NCBI GenBank assembly: GCA_977862235.1
Contig: OZ374561.1
Span: 930,001 to 994,000 of the forward strand
From: Dudresnaya verticillata
Lineage: Eukaryota
Direction of reading: 5' to 3'
Length of the DNA: 64,000 bases
A program made the position numbers and the translations under genes. Each line of letters begins with the position of its first letter. Positions within the stretch are counted from its first letter, which is position 1. Below the pieces are notes generated by a model. That model was not told where the DNA came from and did not search any database. It saw nothing but the letters and a program-made list of their open reading frames with translations. This document shows positions 34,141-45,842 of this stretch, one piece after another.

Positions 34141-35955
34141 ATGAGGGCTTCGATTTACTTCTTTCTCTTCGCCCTCTTTGCCTCACCGTTCTCAACCATC
34201 GCTGTTGCGCAAAAATGCCGTCAAGGATCTTTCTTCAACGGAGAAAAGTGCGTGCTTTGTCCGCGTGGGACCTACCAAAACGAAGAAGGAAAGACTTCTT
34301 GCATCAAGTGCCCAACTGGGACCGTCGCACTTGTTCGTGGGGCCGAAGGGGTTGACGCTTGTCAGGGGTGTGGCAAAGAAAAGTTCAGCACTCCTGATGG
34401 AACGAAATGCAAGCGCTGCAGCCTAGGCACAAGTGCTGTTCCAGGTTCTGTCAACTGTGTCTCTTGCCCGATCGATTCCTACATCACAGATAGCGGAGAA
34501 GGTCGTTCAACATGTGAGAGATGCAGCAAAGGAGAGTTTACCCTGCGAAGAAACACTCTGTTCCTATGCAAAACTTGTAGGGGGAAAACGCGTTTTGACC
34601 GCAAGAAGCGCCGCTGTGTTGCTTGCCCGCCCGCAACGCGATCTCAGAATGGGAAGTGCAAGCCTTGTCGTAATCGGTTAATTGTTGGAACCGATGAGTA
34701 CGGCAGCCTCGATTGTATTCCTTGCCCTCCAGGCTTCGTTGGGGATAAAGATGTTATGTCGACAAAGTGCATACCATGCCCAAGTGGAACACGCTCAGCT
34801 GCAAATGGCAGATCCTGCATCAGTTGTGACTCTGGGGAAAACACATTCGCGCGAGGAGCAAGTGTTTGTGTGCCAGACTTGACGCCTTGCCCGGCAAACT
34901 TTTTCCGAAACCGTCGGGGCACTTGTCAGCGCTGTAACAGGGGCCAGCGGCTGAATCTGAAACGGAAGAGGTGCGAAATATGCAGAAACAATGAAGAGAG
35001 TGCTGGAGGCGTGGCTACCAAATGTACTCGATGCCCCAGTGGTGCAGTTCGTTCAGCTTCAGGCTGCGTGTGTCGAAAAGGAAGAGGGAGAAATCTTGAT
35101 GGAAGTTGTTCTGTGTGCAAACCAGGCACAGCGGTGAATGAGTTCTTTGAGTCCGGTGAAGGCGTTGACATTGTTGAGGTGAGGTGCTCAAAGTGCGGTC
35201 CAGATTCCATCTCTGCGAAAGCAGGAGCTCCTTTCTGCAGAGGGTGCCCAAAAGGACAATTCCAGCCGAAGGAAGGGCAAACGAAGTGCATTCCGAAAGG
35301 CAAATGTCCGAAGGGTTCGGTACCTTCAGGATCAGGGGTCAGAGACGAATGTCTCAGAAAGGCTACGAATTGTCCTACGAACTCGGAAAGAGTGAATGCA
35401 AAGGAGGGATCGTTTTTCTTCTGCAACGTAACAAGTTCAACTTGTGGGGAAAATCAGTTCAAGGTGAAGGTCTCAAACGAGTTTGATGTGGGAACGCCAG
35501 ATGCGGAGTCGGGATTCTTCAAGCAAGATTTGTTCTACTGTTCTGAATGCGGACGAGGCCGGTTCTTCAACAGAACAGATTCGTCCTGCAAGAGGTGCCC
35601 ATTTGAATTTTTCGGAGCGGGAGGCATAAATCCTTGCAAAAGATGCAAGGATGGCAAGCTGCTGGATCGTGAGCGAGGATGTGTGTGTTACTCTTCAAGG
35701 AGATTAGGAAAGGGTGGTAAATGTGAGAGCTGTCCTCCAGGAACTTTTGGGAGGCAGTTCCGGATCGGTTGTACTCCCTGTGAGGCTGGGACCTTTCAAA
35801 ATGAAGCAGGGCAATTCTTCTGCAAAGCATGTCGTTCTGGGACTTTCAGCGGAGAAGGAGCTAAGTCTTGCACGCCTTGTGGCGAAGGCGAAATAAGTAT
35901 TGGCGAGGGGAACGCGAACTGTGTTGTACCCGGGTCTCTCAAAGGCACGGGCTGA
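34141..35955 (+). CDS. Secreted cysteine-rich repeat protein (GCC2/GCC3, ephrin-receptor-like CxxCPxG repeats), 604 aa
   Basis: Signal peptide MRASIYFFLFALFASPFSTIAVA; many CxxCPxGT(Y/F)QxxxGxxxC repeats; no C-terminal TM; TATAAA about 100 nt upstream. Confidence 0.9.
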   Translation: MRASIYFFLFALFASPFSTIAVAQKCRQGSFFNGEKCVLCPRGTYQNEEGKTSCIKCPTGTVALVRGAEGVDACQGCGKEKFSTPDGTKCKRCSLGTSAVPGSVNCVSCPIDSYITDSGEGRSTCERCSKGEFTLRRNTLFLCKTCRGKTRFDRKKRRCVACPPATRSQNGKCKPCRNRLIVGTDEYGSLDCIPCPPGFVGDKDVMSTKCIPCPSGTRSAANGRSCISCDSGENTFARGASVCVPDLTPCPANFFRNRRGTCQRCNRGQRLNLKRKRCEICRNNEESAGGVATKCTRCPSGAVRSASGCVCRKGRGRNLDGSCSVCKPGTAVNEFFESGEGVDIVEVRCSKCGPDSISAKAGAPFCRGCPKGQFQPKEGQTKCIPKGKCPKGSVPSGSGVRDECLRKATNCPTNSERVNAKEGSFFFCNVTSSTCGENQFKVKVSNEFDVGTPDAESGFFKQDLFYCSECGRGRFFNRTDSSCKRCPFEFFGAGGINPCKRCKDGKLLDRERGCVCYSSRRLGKGGKCESCPPGTFGRQFRIGCTPCEAGTFQNEAGQFFCKACRSGTFSGEGAKSCTPCGEGEISIGEGNANCVVPGSLKGTG

Positions 35956-37138
35956 AACTGTCTTTCATTCTGCATCTGCCGAATGCCGATGTTCAGTTGG
36001 CACCTACATGGCACCTACATGAAGTATTGAGCCTCTTGCCTCCCAGGGGTCATGAGTGTTTCTCGGCTGTATTCGCGCTAGCGTATGCTTACTATAAGAT
36101 GCATTCATCTGTCGCGTAGTGGTACATTCGCTGCGACTATAAATACAGCTGTGCATCTTTTCTTTGGCTGCGAACCACGGCAAAGCTATCAAAACATTTT
36201 TCTCCGTAGCAATACAGTGGCAAGTCTTTTGAGATATTAAACGAATCTGCGATCCTATCTATATACAACGAATTCTTGCCTGACTTTGTTGCCTTGAACA
36301 AAAAGGTCGAACTCTCGTGGAAGCTGCTATCAGAAGTTCATCTTCGTGTCTAGCAGTATCGCCTAGATCGCCAAACATTAGTAATACACGTACACGTAGT
36401 ACACACGAGGATAGGGCCACTGTGGTTTTCTTGAAGGGCTGTTGCCGCCGCCAAGCAAAAGATCTCAGCAGCATTCAGGGATCAGAGGATAATCCACAAC
36501 ACTTTCTGCTTACAAAAAATGGGCAATCCACGAAGTTGATACGGTGCGTTGCACGGGACTCAGATATTTGAAGGGTGAGGGCAAGGAGGTACCTCTTCGT
36601 TGCGATCGTGAAGCAGTTCCGTGGAGTTGTCACGTCCTGTAAGGTTTTCAGGGCAAACTCGTAAACGAAGAAGTTGAAAACTAAAGTAGCAGTATCAAGG
36701 GATCCTATGATGCTTTTGTGTCGTGAATGGTAAAACGTTGTTTAGGTAATACAATTCGTGTAGTCCGTAGGACAAGGACTTCCACGAACAAAAAAAAACG
36801 ACGATGTTGCACTAAGTTGCAAGGGTCGTAGTTACCCGCATGAGATCACGGTAACCAAACAGTTGCCCTAAGCTCCAACATAGGAATCATTATTTATTGC
36901 TTTGCTCCCTAACAAGCCATTCACTGCAGAGCCAGTCAGATTACTGCTCGCACCTTCTATCTTACTCTTTGCAACGGCAGTGTACCTGGGGCGACCGGGG
37001 AGAAACGTTATGCGATGTTTGATTTTAATGTTTGTTTAACGTGGTCTTTTGCGAGCGACGATGGCTCATAAGCAAGCACACGGTGTGTTCCACAGTAATG
37101 TCTGCGCAGCCAAGTGGAACCGGTTTCGAAAAGAAAAT

Positions 37139-38014
37139 CTACAAGCTATCCAAGAACGTCTTACAAGTTGTGATGACACCTCTATCCTTAAAGTCACACA
37201 CACTCTTCGGTTTCTTCTTCATACACCTTTTCTTTTTACACAGCTTGGGTTTCTTCCTCAGCTTCTTGCACTTGCCTGAGTTACGAACATCCGCGGCAAT
37301 AAAGCCGAGATCCGTGATGACGCATGTTAAACCATCTTCACACGGCACAGGACCAGAAACGATTTGCGCCTGCGTGGAACATTTCCCGTTCTTCTTGATG
37401 CACCCAATGCCGGCAATCTTACAACACGTCGCCGCAAACCCGGGTGCTACTGGAGCCTTACAAGGGTCGGTAGCGATAGGACCAAAGACTTCAAAGTCCG
37501 ATCCACAAGCGGCGCTTTGCAGCTGGCACGCAGTGCAAAAGAGGCCGAAGTTGCTCGCACCGAATTTCGGGCAGAACTGCTGCGTACAAAAGAAGTCACA
37601 CTTGGGCTTCTCCCCGCCGTCCGTGCGCTTAGCCCAGGCGCCGCACGTGGTGGTGAGCGCACCGGTGACGCACAGCGCGCTCGCTCCGGTCTTCGTGCAC
37701 TGCGGCACGGAGCATACCGGGGCCGGTTTGCGCAGCTTGCGGCACTTGCCTGCGTTCGGGATGTCCACGGCCGGGCGGCCGAAGTTGGAGATGACGCAGG
37801 TGAGACCGTCGGCGCACGGGATCGACGGGAAGCCGCGCGTGCCCGACACGGAGCACGGCTTGCCTTTCTTGATGCAACCAATGTCGAAGTCGGCGCAGCA
37901 GGAAGGGGCGTCCAGACGGTTGATGGTGCCCTTGCACTTCGCGGGCACGGTGCCCCCGAACGCGACTGTGGCCAGAAGAGTGGTGAGAAGGAAGGCGACG
38001 GCGGATGGAGACAT
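37139..38014 (-). CDS. Secreted Cys/Lys-rich protein with an internal duplication (291 aa)
   Basis: Signal peptide; two copies of CC-x4-IGCIKK...PCxDGLTCVI...NxGKCxKLRK, separated by a Kazal-like segment (FCTACQLQSAAC). Confidence 0.85.
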   Translation of the reverse strand: MSPSAVAFLLTTLLATVAFGGTVPAKCKGTINRLDAPSCCADFDIGCIKKGKPCSVSGTRGFPSIPCADGLTCVISNFGRPAVDIPNAGKCRKLRKPAPVCSVPQCTKTGASALCVTGALTTTCGAWAKRTDGGEKPKCDFFCTQQFCPKFGASNFGLFCTACQLQSAACGSDFEVFGPIATDPCKAPVAPGFAATCCKIAGIGCIKKNGKCSTQAQIVSGPVPCEDGLTCVITDLGFIAADVRNSGKCKKLRKKPKLCKKKRCMKKKPKSVCDFKDRGVITTCKTFLDSL

Positions 38015-41000
38015 GGTTGAGGTTGTTCAGGGCTGAGAGTGGGAGGGCCGCTGGTGTCTTCCGAGGTGCTTAAGTGCAGAGGAAGTTGTGAAGTTTGGTT
38101 GGGTGCGGTCGGCAAGAATCAGCTTGAATTTGACCACGTTTGTATACCATGGACGAAGGGTAGTGGTTGTTCGATTACTGACACAGCACCAATGTGTTAT
38201 GCATTTTTTGAACTGTGGTGATACATGCTCGTACAGGACCCCTCCATACAATTTGTATATCGGGTAGTAGGAAACGCTACCCAAAGTAGTCTGCGCATGA
38301 AGTAGTGGAAAATTCCAATTGAATCCAAGCCCATCAGCATTACGGTAACATTGCTGCCTTGGGCAACTGCCGATGACAGAGAGTCAGGAGATCGTGTCCT
38401 GGAGCCTATCCAGAATCGACAGGCATGTTCGCAGGTGGCACAGCACGGTTGGATTCTCCTGCGCGCTCGCAAGAGCTGTATGCTACATAACAACATTACC
38501 CCCGTGGTGCTGACGACAGATCACGGACAGTGCTTGTTCAGGGGCGCCGCCCAGGAAGACTGCAATGTTTATAAATGCATCTTACCTTTTAGCCTTGGAC
38601 GTAACATGTTAAAGGGAAGGGGGCCATGACGACGTCTGCGAATGCGTATTTTCTTTGGGCTAAAGTTTTCCTGCATGTTCCGTTCCGAAGAGCTCCATTG
38701 GCAAGTCCAAAAACTTTGGTCTCTGGCGCCACGCAGGGTGAACACAGGGTGCTCCAATGTCCGAAATTCGTTCGGCTGTCCGAGCCAGTCCACATCACAC
38801 TAATACATACTGTAGTAACATCGCCATGATGTGTGTGTTCTGCTTGGTTCTTGGAGTCCAAGACTTGTACTGCATCTGTCACAGTAACAATAAACTCAAT
38901 TTTATCAGCGTTGTCAAGGAAAGCTCATCAAAAATAATATTCAACTCAATGACCATCTCGAAACTCCCACATATCTTCTATGCTAACAATCGGACAATAA
39001 AATTCCCTCAATCCTGCCTCGATTTCATTGATCCACTTTTCTCGACCCAAGTAGTCCGACACATGTGTAGGTTCTGTTGGTCACCTTCAACCGGAAAGGT
39101 CGAGGGAAATACTTTATCCCAGGAGGTTAAGTTTCCTGCAGCGCAGATGCTCAACATGTCATCAGACAAGAGCCTTGCGGCTCAGCTACAACTCGTGTGA
39201 TTCACACGTTGCCAGACCCTTGTTGTACTGAATCTGTCCTGCTGTTGCATTGTATTACCTGCTATCTGTAATTGCTCTTTGAATTTCGAGTGTGACATTT
39301 GTCTATCTATATATTAGAATGGCAAGGGAATTAGATTAACAGCGTTAACATTGGCTCGCCGTTTGCGACCTGCGCAAGAGGTCCAGTAGATCAGCAAGAA
39401 ATGTAAACGAATGATCCCTCATTTGGAAAGGCACAGTAGAATCAGTTCTTGGACGAAGCGGTCAGATATAGATCAACGCCAGGCAGACCATGGTGGAAAA
39501 TCATAGGCAGCGATAATGCAAATCATGGTGTTTCTGCGGTCAGTACTGTACCAAGCACCTTTTTGACTCGTATACTTCTGCAGAGAGAATATGCTACAGC
39601 TGCAGACCCGGCACTGTCTTTTCTCGAGCACTACAAAAAATGCCCCGCTAAGGAGAATCAAAAGCATGATGCAGGGTATAAGGGGCAATGTACGATAGCA
39701 CAATTTCCTCAAGGCCAAGACGAATGCTTGAAAGAGAAGCCTACCTACTGTTCTGTCGTATTAAAGCCCTCGATTGCATCGATATCAATACTTGCGCTAC
39801 TTACAGGTTCTTTACCCCGTTTCTCTTTTGACACTCATTTCGAGGCGGTATAAACAGGCAATCGAATGTTCATAAAAGAGCATTGCCGGCAACCGTTTCA
39901 TTCATTTGTAGCTCGAAAGGTGAGTCTTGTCTACTTAAACAAATCGATTGCGACACGTATGTACAGAGAAGCAGACGCCTACGCCTAATTCATCGAACTA
40001 AACAACATTCCTTATTGCTCCCGTCTATCTCGAAGTAAGTCTACTTCTCTGCTTGGTCAATATGTCTAAGCCTTGTTTCTCAAGTTTGAACCATTACAAG
40101 AAAAATCCTTTTGCTGTTTTCTCACACGTCTCTGCAAACAAACTTCTTGTCCACGTTACCGTTCAGTTCAAAATATAGATTCTCGGTGAACATTCCATCT
40201 CGTTCTCAACAACACTGTAACATTCGTTATCGAGTTTTCGGGATCTGAAAGGCAGTTGTGGCAGAAGTCCATCGAAACAAGACTCCCGTCTCTCCGAAAA
40301 TGCAATATCAGTCAGGCTACGGCCAATTTGGAAAGAGGGACAAACTGCACCTATATATGTGCCCTGGTCGCCTTTGCAGGACCACATTGAACAGTAAATA
40401 AAAGGACAATATCACCAAATCTATTTAGAAATATACAATAGAACTGACGATGTTGCCCTTCAGGGACTTCCTTTTGCTCTCAATAAATCCTCCCAACTTC
40501 TATTTTGATTCTTCATTTTCAGGAGTGGGTTGTAGTTAGCGCTACAGATTCCGCTTGGTACATGGAGCAAACTGTTAAAATGCCAAACGCCACTCTCAAC
40601 TAACATCTTCACTACCAACTCCTCGCTGAGTCTCCCATACGTTTCGAGGAATGGATCTAGTACTATGAGACGTGGCCCAGACTCCCTGTGGTACCGAAAT
40701 CCCAAACCTAGTACCCAGTAGCTGAGGATTTGAGATAATTGAATAGCTTGCAGCTTTCCAGCCTATATTATGCAGCCACAAGGCGATAAATCCTTGTTGA
40801 CAAGATTAACAAAAACCCTTTTCAAAGCTCCAGACCAAGAAACGGAATCTTCTGACGACAGGGTTACCTGACTGGTGTAGACAGGTTCATTTTCAACAGT
40901 TGAGAGGGGAAGCAGTTAACCAGGTCCAGAATGGAAGGGTACTCCTCAAGGTGTCTTCTAGTCGTCCGGACCTTCCAAGAAAATCTTGACGATTCATCGT

Positions 41001-42413
41001 TTCACAAAGCGACATAACGATGTGTGGTTTGAGCTTGAAGGATTTTAGAGCTGCGTTGAAAGTAGAGATAAGCGGTGATGCTGGACGCGTTTAAGTTGAG
41101 CATGTTGCGCGCCGGATGCCGCTCGCAGCATGACCATTTTCCTTCAGAATTGACATATCGCGTCAATTGGCACATGTCTTGTGTAGCGCGAGTCGGGGCG
41201 AGCACAATGCTAGGATGGGGCATTCTTTCGAGAGACAGAAGTAGGCCAAAAAGCTTTGCACTGCAGGACACACAATCTGACGGCGCAGAGCTTTAAAAGT
41301 GATAAATCGATTGGAAGAGTGGCTTGGGTTGGGTTTAGTTTAGCATCGCTGAATTGGATCCGTTTCGGATTTGGCGATAGGGAAACAGCCAGTGCTGACC
41401 AATGCGTACATACAGCTTCCATTCGTTATGCTGGGATCTTTCTTTGAGGTGTGGCAGCTGCAGGTCGGCAATTCCGGTGTTGTTTGATGATTTGGGTTCC
41501 TTTCCTGGTGTAACGTAATCTTGTGGCATGGAAGCAGTATTCATGGCCAGGCTCTGTCGCACCCGAAAGTTCTTAAACTATTTGTTGTAGCTGGGGTGGG
41601 GAGATTTCTGAAGGGCCAACGAGGTGGTTGAAGGGTAATAGAATTTCCTGTAGATACAACTCGCACCAGTGCCCGTCTTTTTGTTCGAATGGGGCAGTAC
41701 AGTCAATCCTTGATGCAAGATTGGTGCGATAAAGGAATATCCGTGGTAAAAGAATACGCCTTCCGTCCACCGATCCGGTTCCTTTGAAATCAGCCAGTGC
41801 ATGTGGATGAGGCCTTCAAGAATATGTGATAAGGGAATACAGAATCCGAAAGTCGCCCGCCTTGGACCGCAATGCAGCTCACGTACGAGGACGACATTTC
41901 TCGATAGTAAGAATATGACTTCGATGCATGAAGTTGATGGTGGCATTGCGCCCTCCAGAGCACCCAGTAAACTTGTGAGGCAACGTTTATATTAGTAGGT
42001 CCCGCGAGGACTATTGAAACATGGAGGAAACCGGTAACGAGATCAGCGCATCGCTACAAAGCAAGTCAACTGGAGAGAAAGTGAATGCATCTCTGGTGCG
42101 CTACATGATGACTCTGAAGGCATCCCTTCATCTGCCGATGTTACGTAAGCCGCGTTCAGTAGTCGAGACTACTGAAGAGACTACAGTCTCTGAAGCGCCA
42201 GATAAGTCAGAAGATGTCCCAGGCGTCGATAAAGCATTTATTTAGCAAGTAGAACAGCTTTCTCAGTGTTTTGCAAGAGTGCTCCAGCATTTCCCCGATA
42301 TATTCTCCGATGCGATAAAGGAATATGAAGCCGTCCACACTGATTCTTCTTATAAAAAGTATTGTCTGTGTTGCATAGTAGTAACATAACACAGAAAGTG
42401 TATCACACGCAAT

Positions 42414-43226
42414 CAGGGCTTCAGGCAATAACATTGCAAGTTATTGCTCGCCCAAATTCAATAAGCAATATGTTGCAGCAATGCTCTCCCCTTCGGCAAT
42501 ATATATTGCAATATAGCCGCCATTAAGCCCCAATAACACCTGCAATATATGCCTACGTCGTGCAAGAACTTTATGCAATGCGATGTTGTTTTATGCGCCT
42601 ACGGAATGAAATACGTGATTATGACAGCTTCAATTAACAAGTTCTTCCTGTAGAACATGCTGTTTAAGTCTGGCAGCAACACGGACAGAACGAGCAGCTT
42701 GTATAGCATGAGAAACAAGATGCAATTCCAAAAACCGTTCATTCATTTTGGGGTAAGCACACACCTTTATTTTAATCTAAGGAGCAACCCTGGGAGAGGG
42801 TCTAACTACCAGGACACATAACAGGAGGAGGGGATAGATTACGCGGATTACTTAATCTTTTAGGGCTAGCTGCAACACATTGAAGAAGAAGCGTAGTAGG
42901 GGACGTTAATAGAGCAAGCTTGCCAGTGAGGGGGGGGGGAGGTCCCTTTGTTGATAGCAATGCAATTTACAGCATTGGGGCTAGAAACACTCTGTAATCT
43001 TGGGATCCAACAATACAACTACCGCTCACCCAGAAAACCGCGCATAAGAGTATCGTATACCACATTTAACAATAGGGCTTCCAATATTACTACTCAACCC
43101 AATAGGTATTGCAATATGTATAATGTCACTGCAACAAGAGTGCAATTTTCATTCAGCAACTCAATGTGCTATTGCTATTGTGTATTGCAATATATTTATA
43201 TTGCAATTAATTGCCGGGCAGCCCTG
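42414..43226. mobile_element. Non-autonomous hAT-type DNA transposon (813 bp)
   Basis: Imperfect TIRs CAGGGCTTCAGGCAATAACATTGCAA and the reverse complement of TTGCAATTAATTGCCGGGCAGCCCTG; 8-bp flanks CACGCAAT/CGCGCAAT; dense subterminal CAATA/TATTG motifs; no ORF. Confidence 0.8.
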
Positions 43227-43533
43227 CGCGCAATACAATACACTTCCAACACATGAATAGCGAATAAAGGAATAATCACGATATTTGAATACGGACACGT
43301 TTCCCAAGATGGGAAGGCGGTAGAAGTAACTAAAACATAGCCGCATTGCGTTCCTTCGATGTTTGCATTCTCATTCCCACGATATCCGCGGAGTTGAATA
43401 TCTCCTCTGGGGAAAAAGCCTGTCTCAGCAGAGAGTTTGTTTCGTTTATTGGGACCCGTTAAAAGGGCGCCGTCAAAATGGGAGGAAGGCAGAGAGTTTG
43501 TGGAGAGAAAGAGAGAGAGAGATTTTGTACAGT

Positions 43534-43923
43534 TTTACTGGGACCCTTTAGACGGGGAGCGAAGCTATTTCCTTGGATCGCATGTTGCGTGTAGAGAGAG
43601 AGATTTTTTGATGTTGATTATACGAAGTTCCTGCTTGCGGAAGTGAGGCGAGGGATGTTGTGATACTGAATATGGCTGTTGTTGCCTAAGATAATTGTTG
43701 TGACCGGGCCCCACTCTTGCTCCTGGAAGAAAGGTACTCTCTCTCTCTCCCTCTCCCCCCCTCCGTATTGCCTACTCGCCAGTGTGGCTGGATAACAACG
43801 AGGCAGGTACGCGGTCTCCCTTGCAGTCTTTTAGGTCATTCTTAACGCGCTACGCTGTCGCCACGCGCCCAACATGCGATCCAAGGAAATAGCCTCGCTC
43901 CCCACACAAAGGGTCCCAGTAAA
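43534..43923. mobile_element. Foldback/MITE-like element with 54-bp inverted repeats
   Basis: 43534-43587 vs 43870-43923, about 5 mismatches. Complementary GA-rich and CT-rich tracts lie outside the arms. Part of the arm (GGCTATTTCCTTGGAT) recurs at 19444-19459. Confidence 0.75.
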
Positions 43924-45842
43924 GTTTCACTCCCTCCCTCCCTCCCTCCCATCACTCATCACTCATCACTCTCCTGAATCGGGATGGACAGCCTGAACAA
44001 AGAGGGAAGAAGGTTTGCACATTGCGCACATGGACCATCGTTCCTTTCCGTCATAGACCATCCAGCGCAACTGTATTGCGCCGGTCTCCAGACGCGCTCT
44101 GTAAAGACTTGCCCCACAGCACCACTGTGCTGTAATAGCACGTGAGACAGCGTATCAAGAGGCACATGTGCGGCTTGTCGGTAAATCTACCCTAAGAATA
44201 TTGAAGGCATAAGAAGTTCAGAACGGCGAAAATGGAGGTACGGTGATGTACGATTAACAATACCAAGTAACATTACAGCTCGCCAACGGTGCAATACAGT
44301 GCCCCACCGCTACAGTATATCTTTCGGCCCGTACAGTACGTTTAAGACTTAGGTAACATTTACATACAGATATTAGAAGGGAATAATCAATGATACAGTA
44401 ATAATGCTGATGATGATGCCGTTGTACCAACTTAACCACACAATTCTGGAGAAGATGGCGGCCTCGTTTTAGGGCTCTTAGACCTGGGGCGACAGTTTGC
44501 TGACTGGCAGACCGGCCTTGCAGGCAGAGCGATTAAGAGAACACGTAATTGCACCAATTTATTCGCAGTCGCGATGGGGCAAGAGCAAGTCAAGCAACAG
44601 GTTGCTGTCTGGTGACCTTTGCAGTAAGGCAGGAGATGTTGCAACCAGTCTCCATTCGCGATACCCAGTGCCAAAGACCTGGCAATAACCAACGGAACTG
44701 GGACTTTTCTCACAAGGCTCGCAGAATCCATCCGAATCCGTCCGTTTCTAGCCTGGGCCCAGACTCGACCAGACAATGAGGAGTGGCTGACGAAAGTATG
44801 TGACTGCAAGTCGAATATTTGTTGGCATTCCAAAAGGGTTCTAGGCACTTATGAGATGCGGTTGACGAAAGTATCTCTAGAGCTGGAAAAGTTCCCGGCT
44901 TGTTGTAGCGTCTCTCTTATTGCAAAAATGACTGCCTGCCGATGGAAATTCCAGGCGCTGACTGTAAATCGCGGTCGCGAGCTATTCTTTGCAGGCTCTG
45001 ATCCATTAAAGCTGTCCATACACTTCTCTTATTGCAAATACCTTTATCTCGCATGTATGCAAGCCCTCGAATTCCTCAGTCACAGTCTACGGTTAAGAAT
45101 CACTCCATAAGGCCAACAAAAGCTAATAATATCGATGCGCTTGCTAATAACTTTGCTCGACAATTTGTCGAGCAACCAAAACTTTGTATGCAAGCGATTG
45201 CTGATCGAGCAAAACTATTATTTGCAAGCGATTGTGGACGGCAATCGCATGTTTCACACATAACGTCTTCTACAGTACAACCTCGTCAAACCTCGTCATT
45301 GCCATTATGCATAATCAGCAAACCCGACAAGCAGGACGGGTCAACAATGGTTCTGAACATCTTGTGGTATCGCAGCCTGCGTATATATACCCTGTGATGT
45401 GCTGTTCTGGCGATGTGCCCGGTCCTGAACCCTAGCCCGGACATGATGCCGCATCTGCTTTTCCATATTTTGCAAGTCCCTGACTCTTGTAACAACCAGA
45501 TATCAAGACAAGGACACCAAATTGGGTATCTATTCTTGTGTGACGCCAGCAAAAGAAGCTCATTCTTATTAAATGCCGTCAGCGGAGGGAGCGCAGTGAT
45601 GATTGTATCACAAGTTAAAAAAGCTAATCCTATTCTTCGACTGAGATGCGTCTAGCTCTTTGCTTTACTTAGGCCCGGGTAACGCCCCTGTAGACCCTAG
45701 AGAATACCGTATTTCTGCTTAAAACTGCAGACGTACCCTATCCAGTTGTTGGACAGCCAAACCTATCAACGCCGCCAAAGCAAACGTAAGGGAAGAAGAA
45801 CAGGTTTCTGGGAGCAGCATTGCCAAAGACATCCGCTCTGAT

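Noticed and set aside
38900..42000. Possible LINE reverse transcriptase remnants
   Set aside because: Only vague similarity (PGKEP); no YADD or QG motif found.
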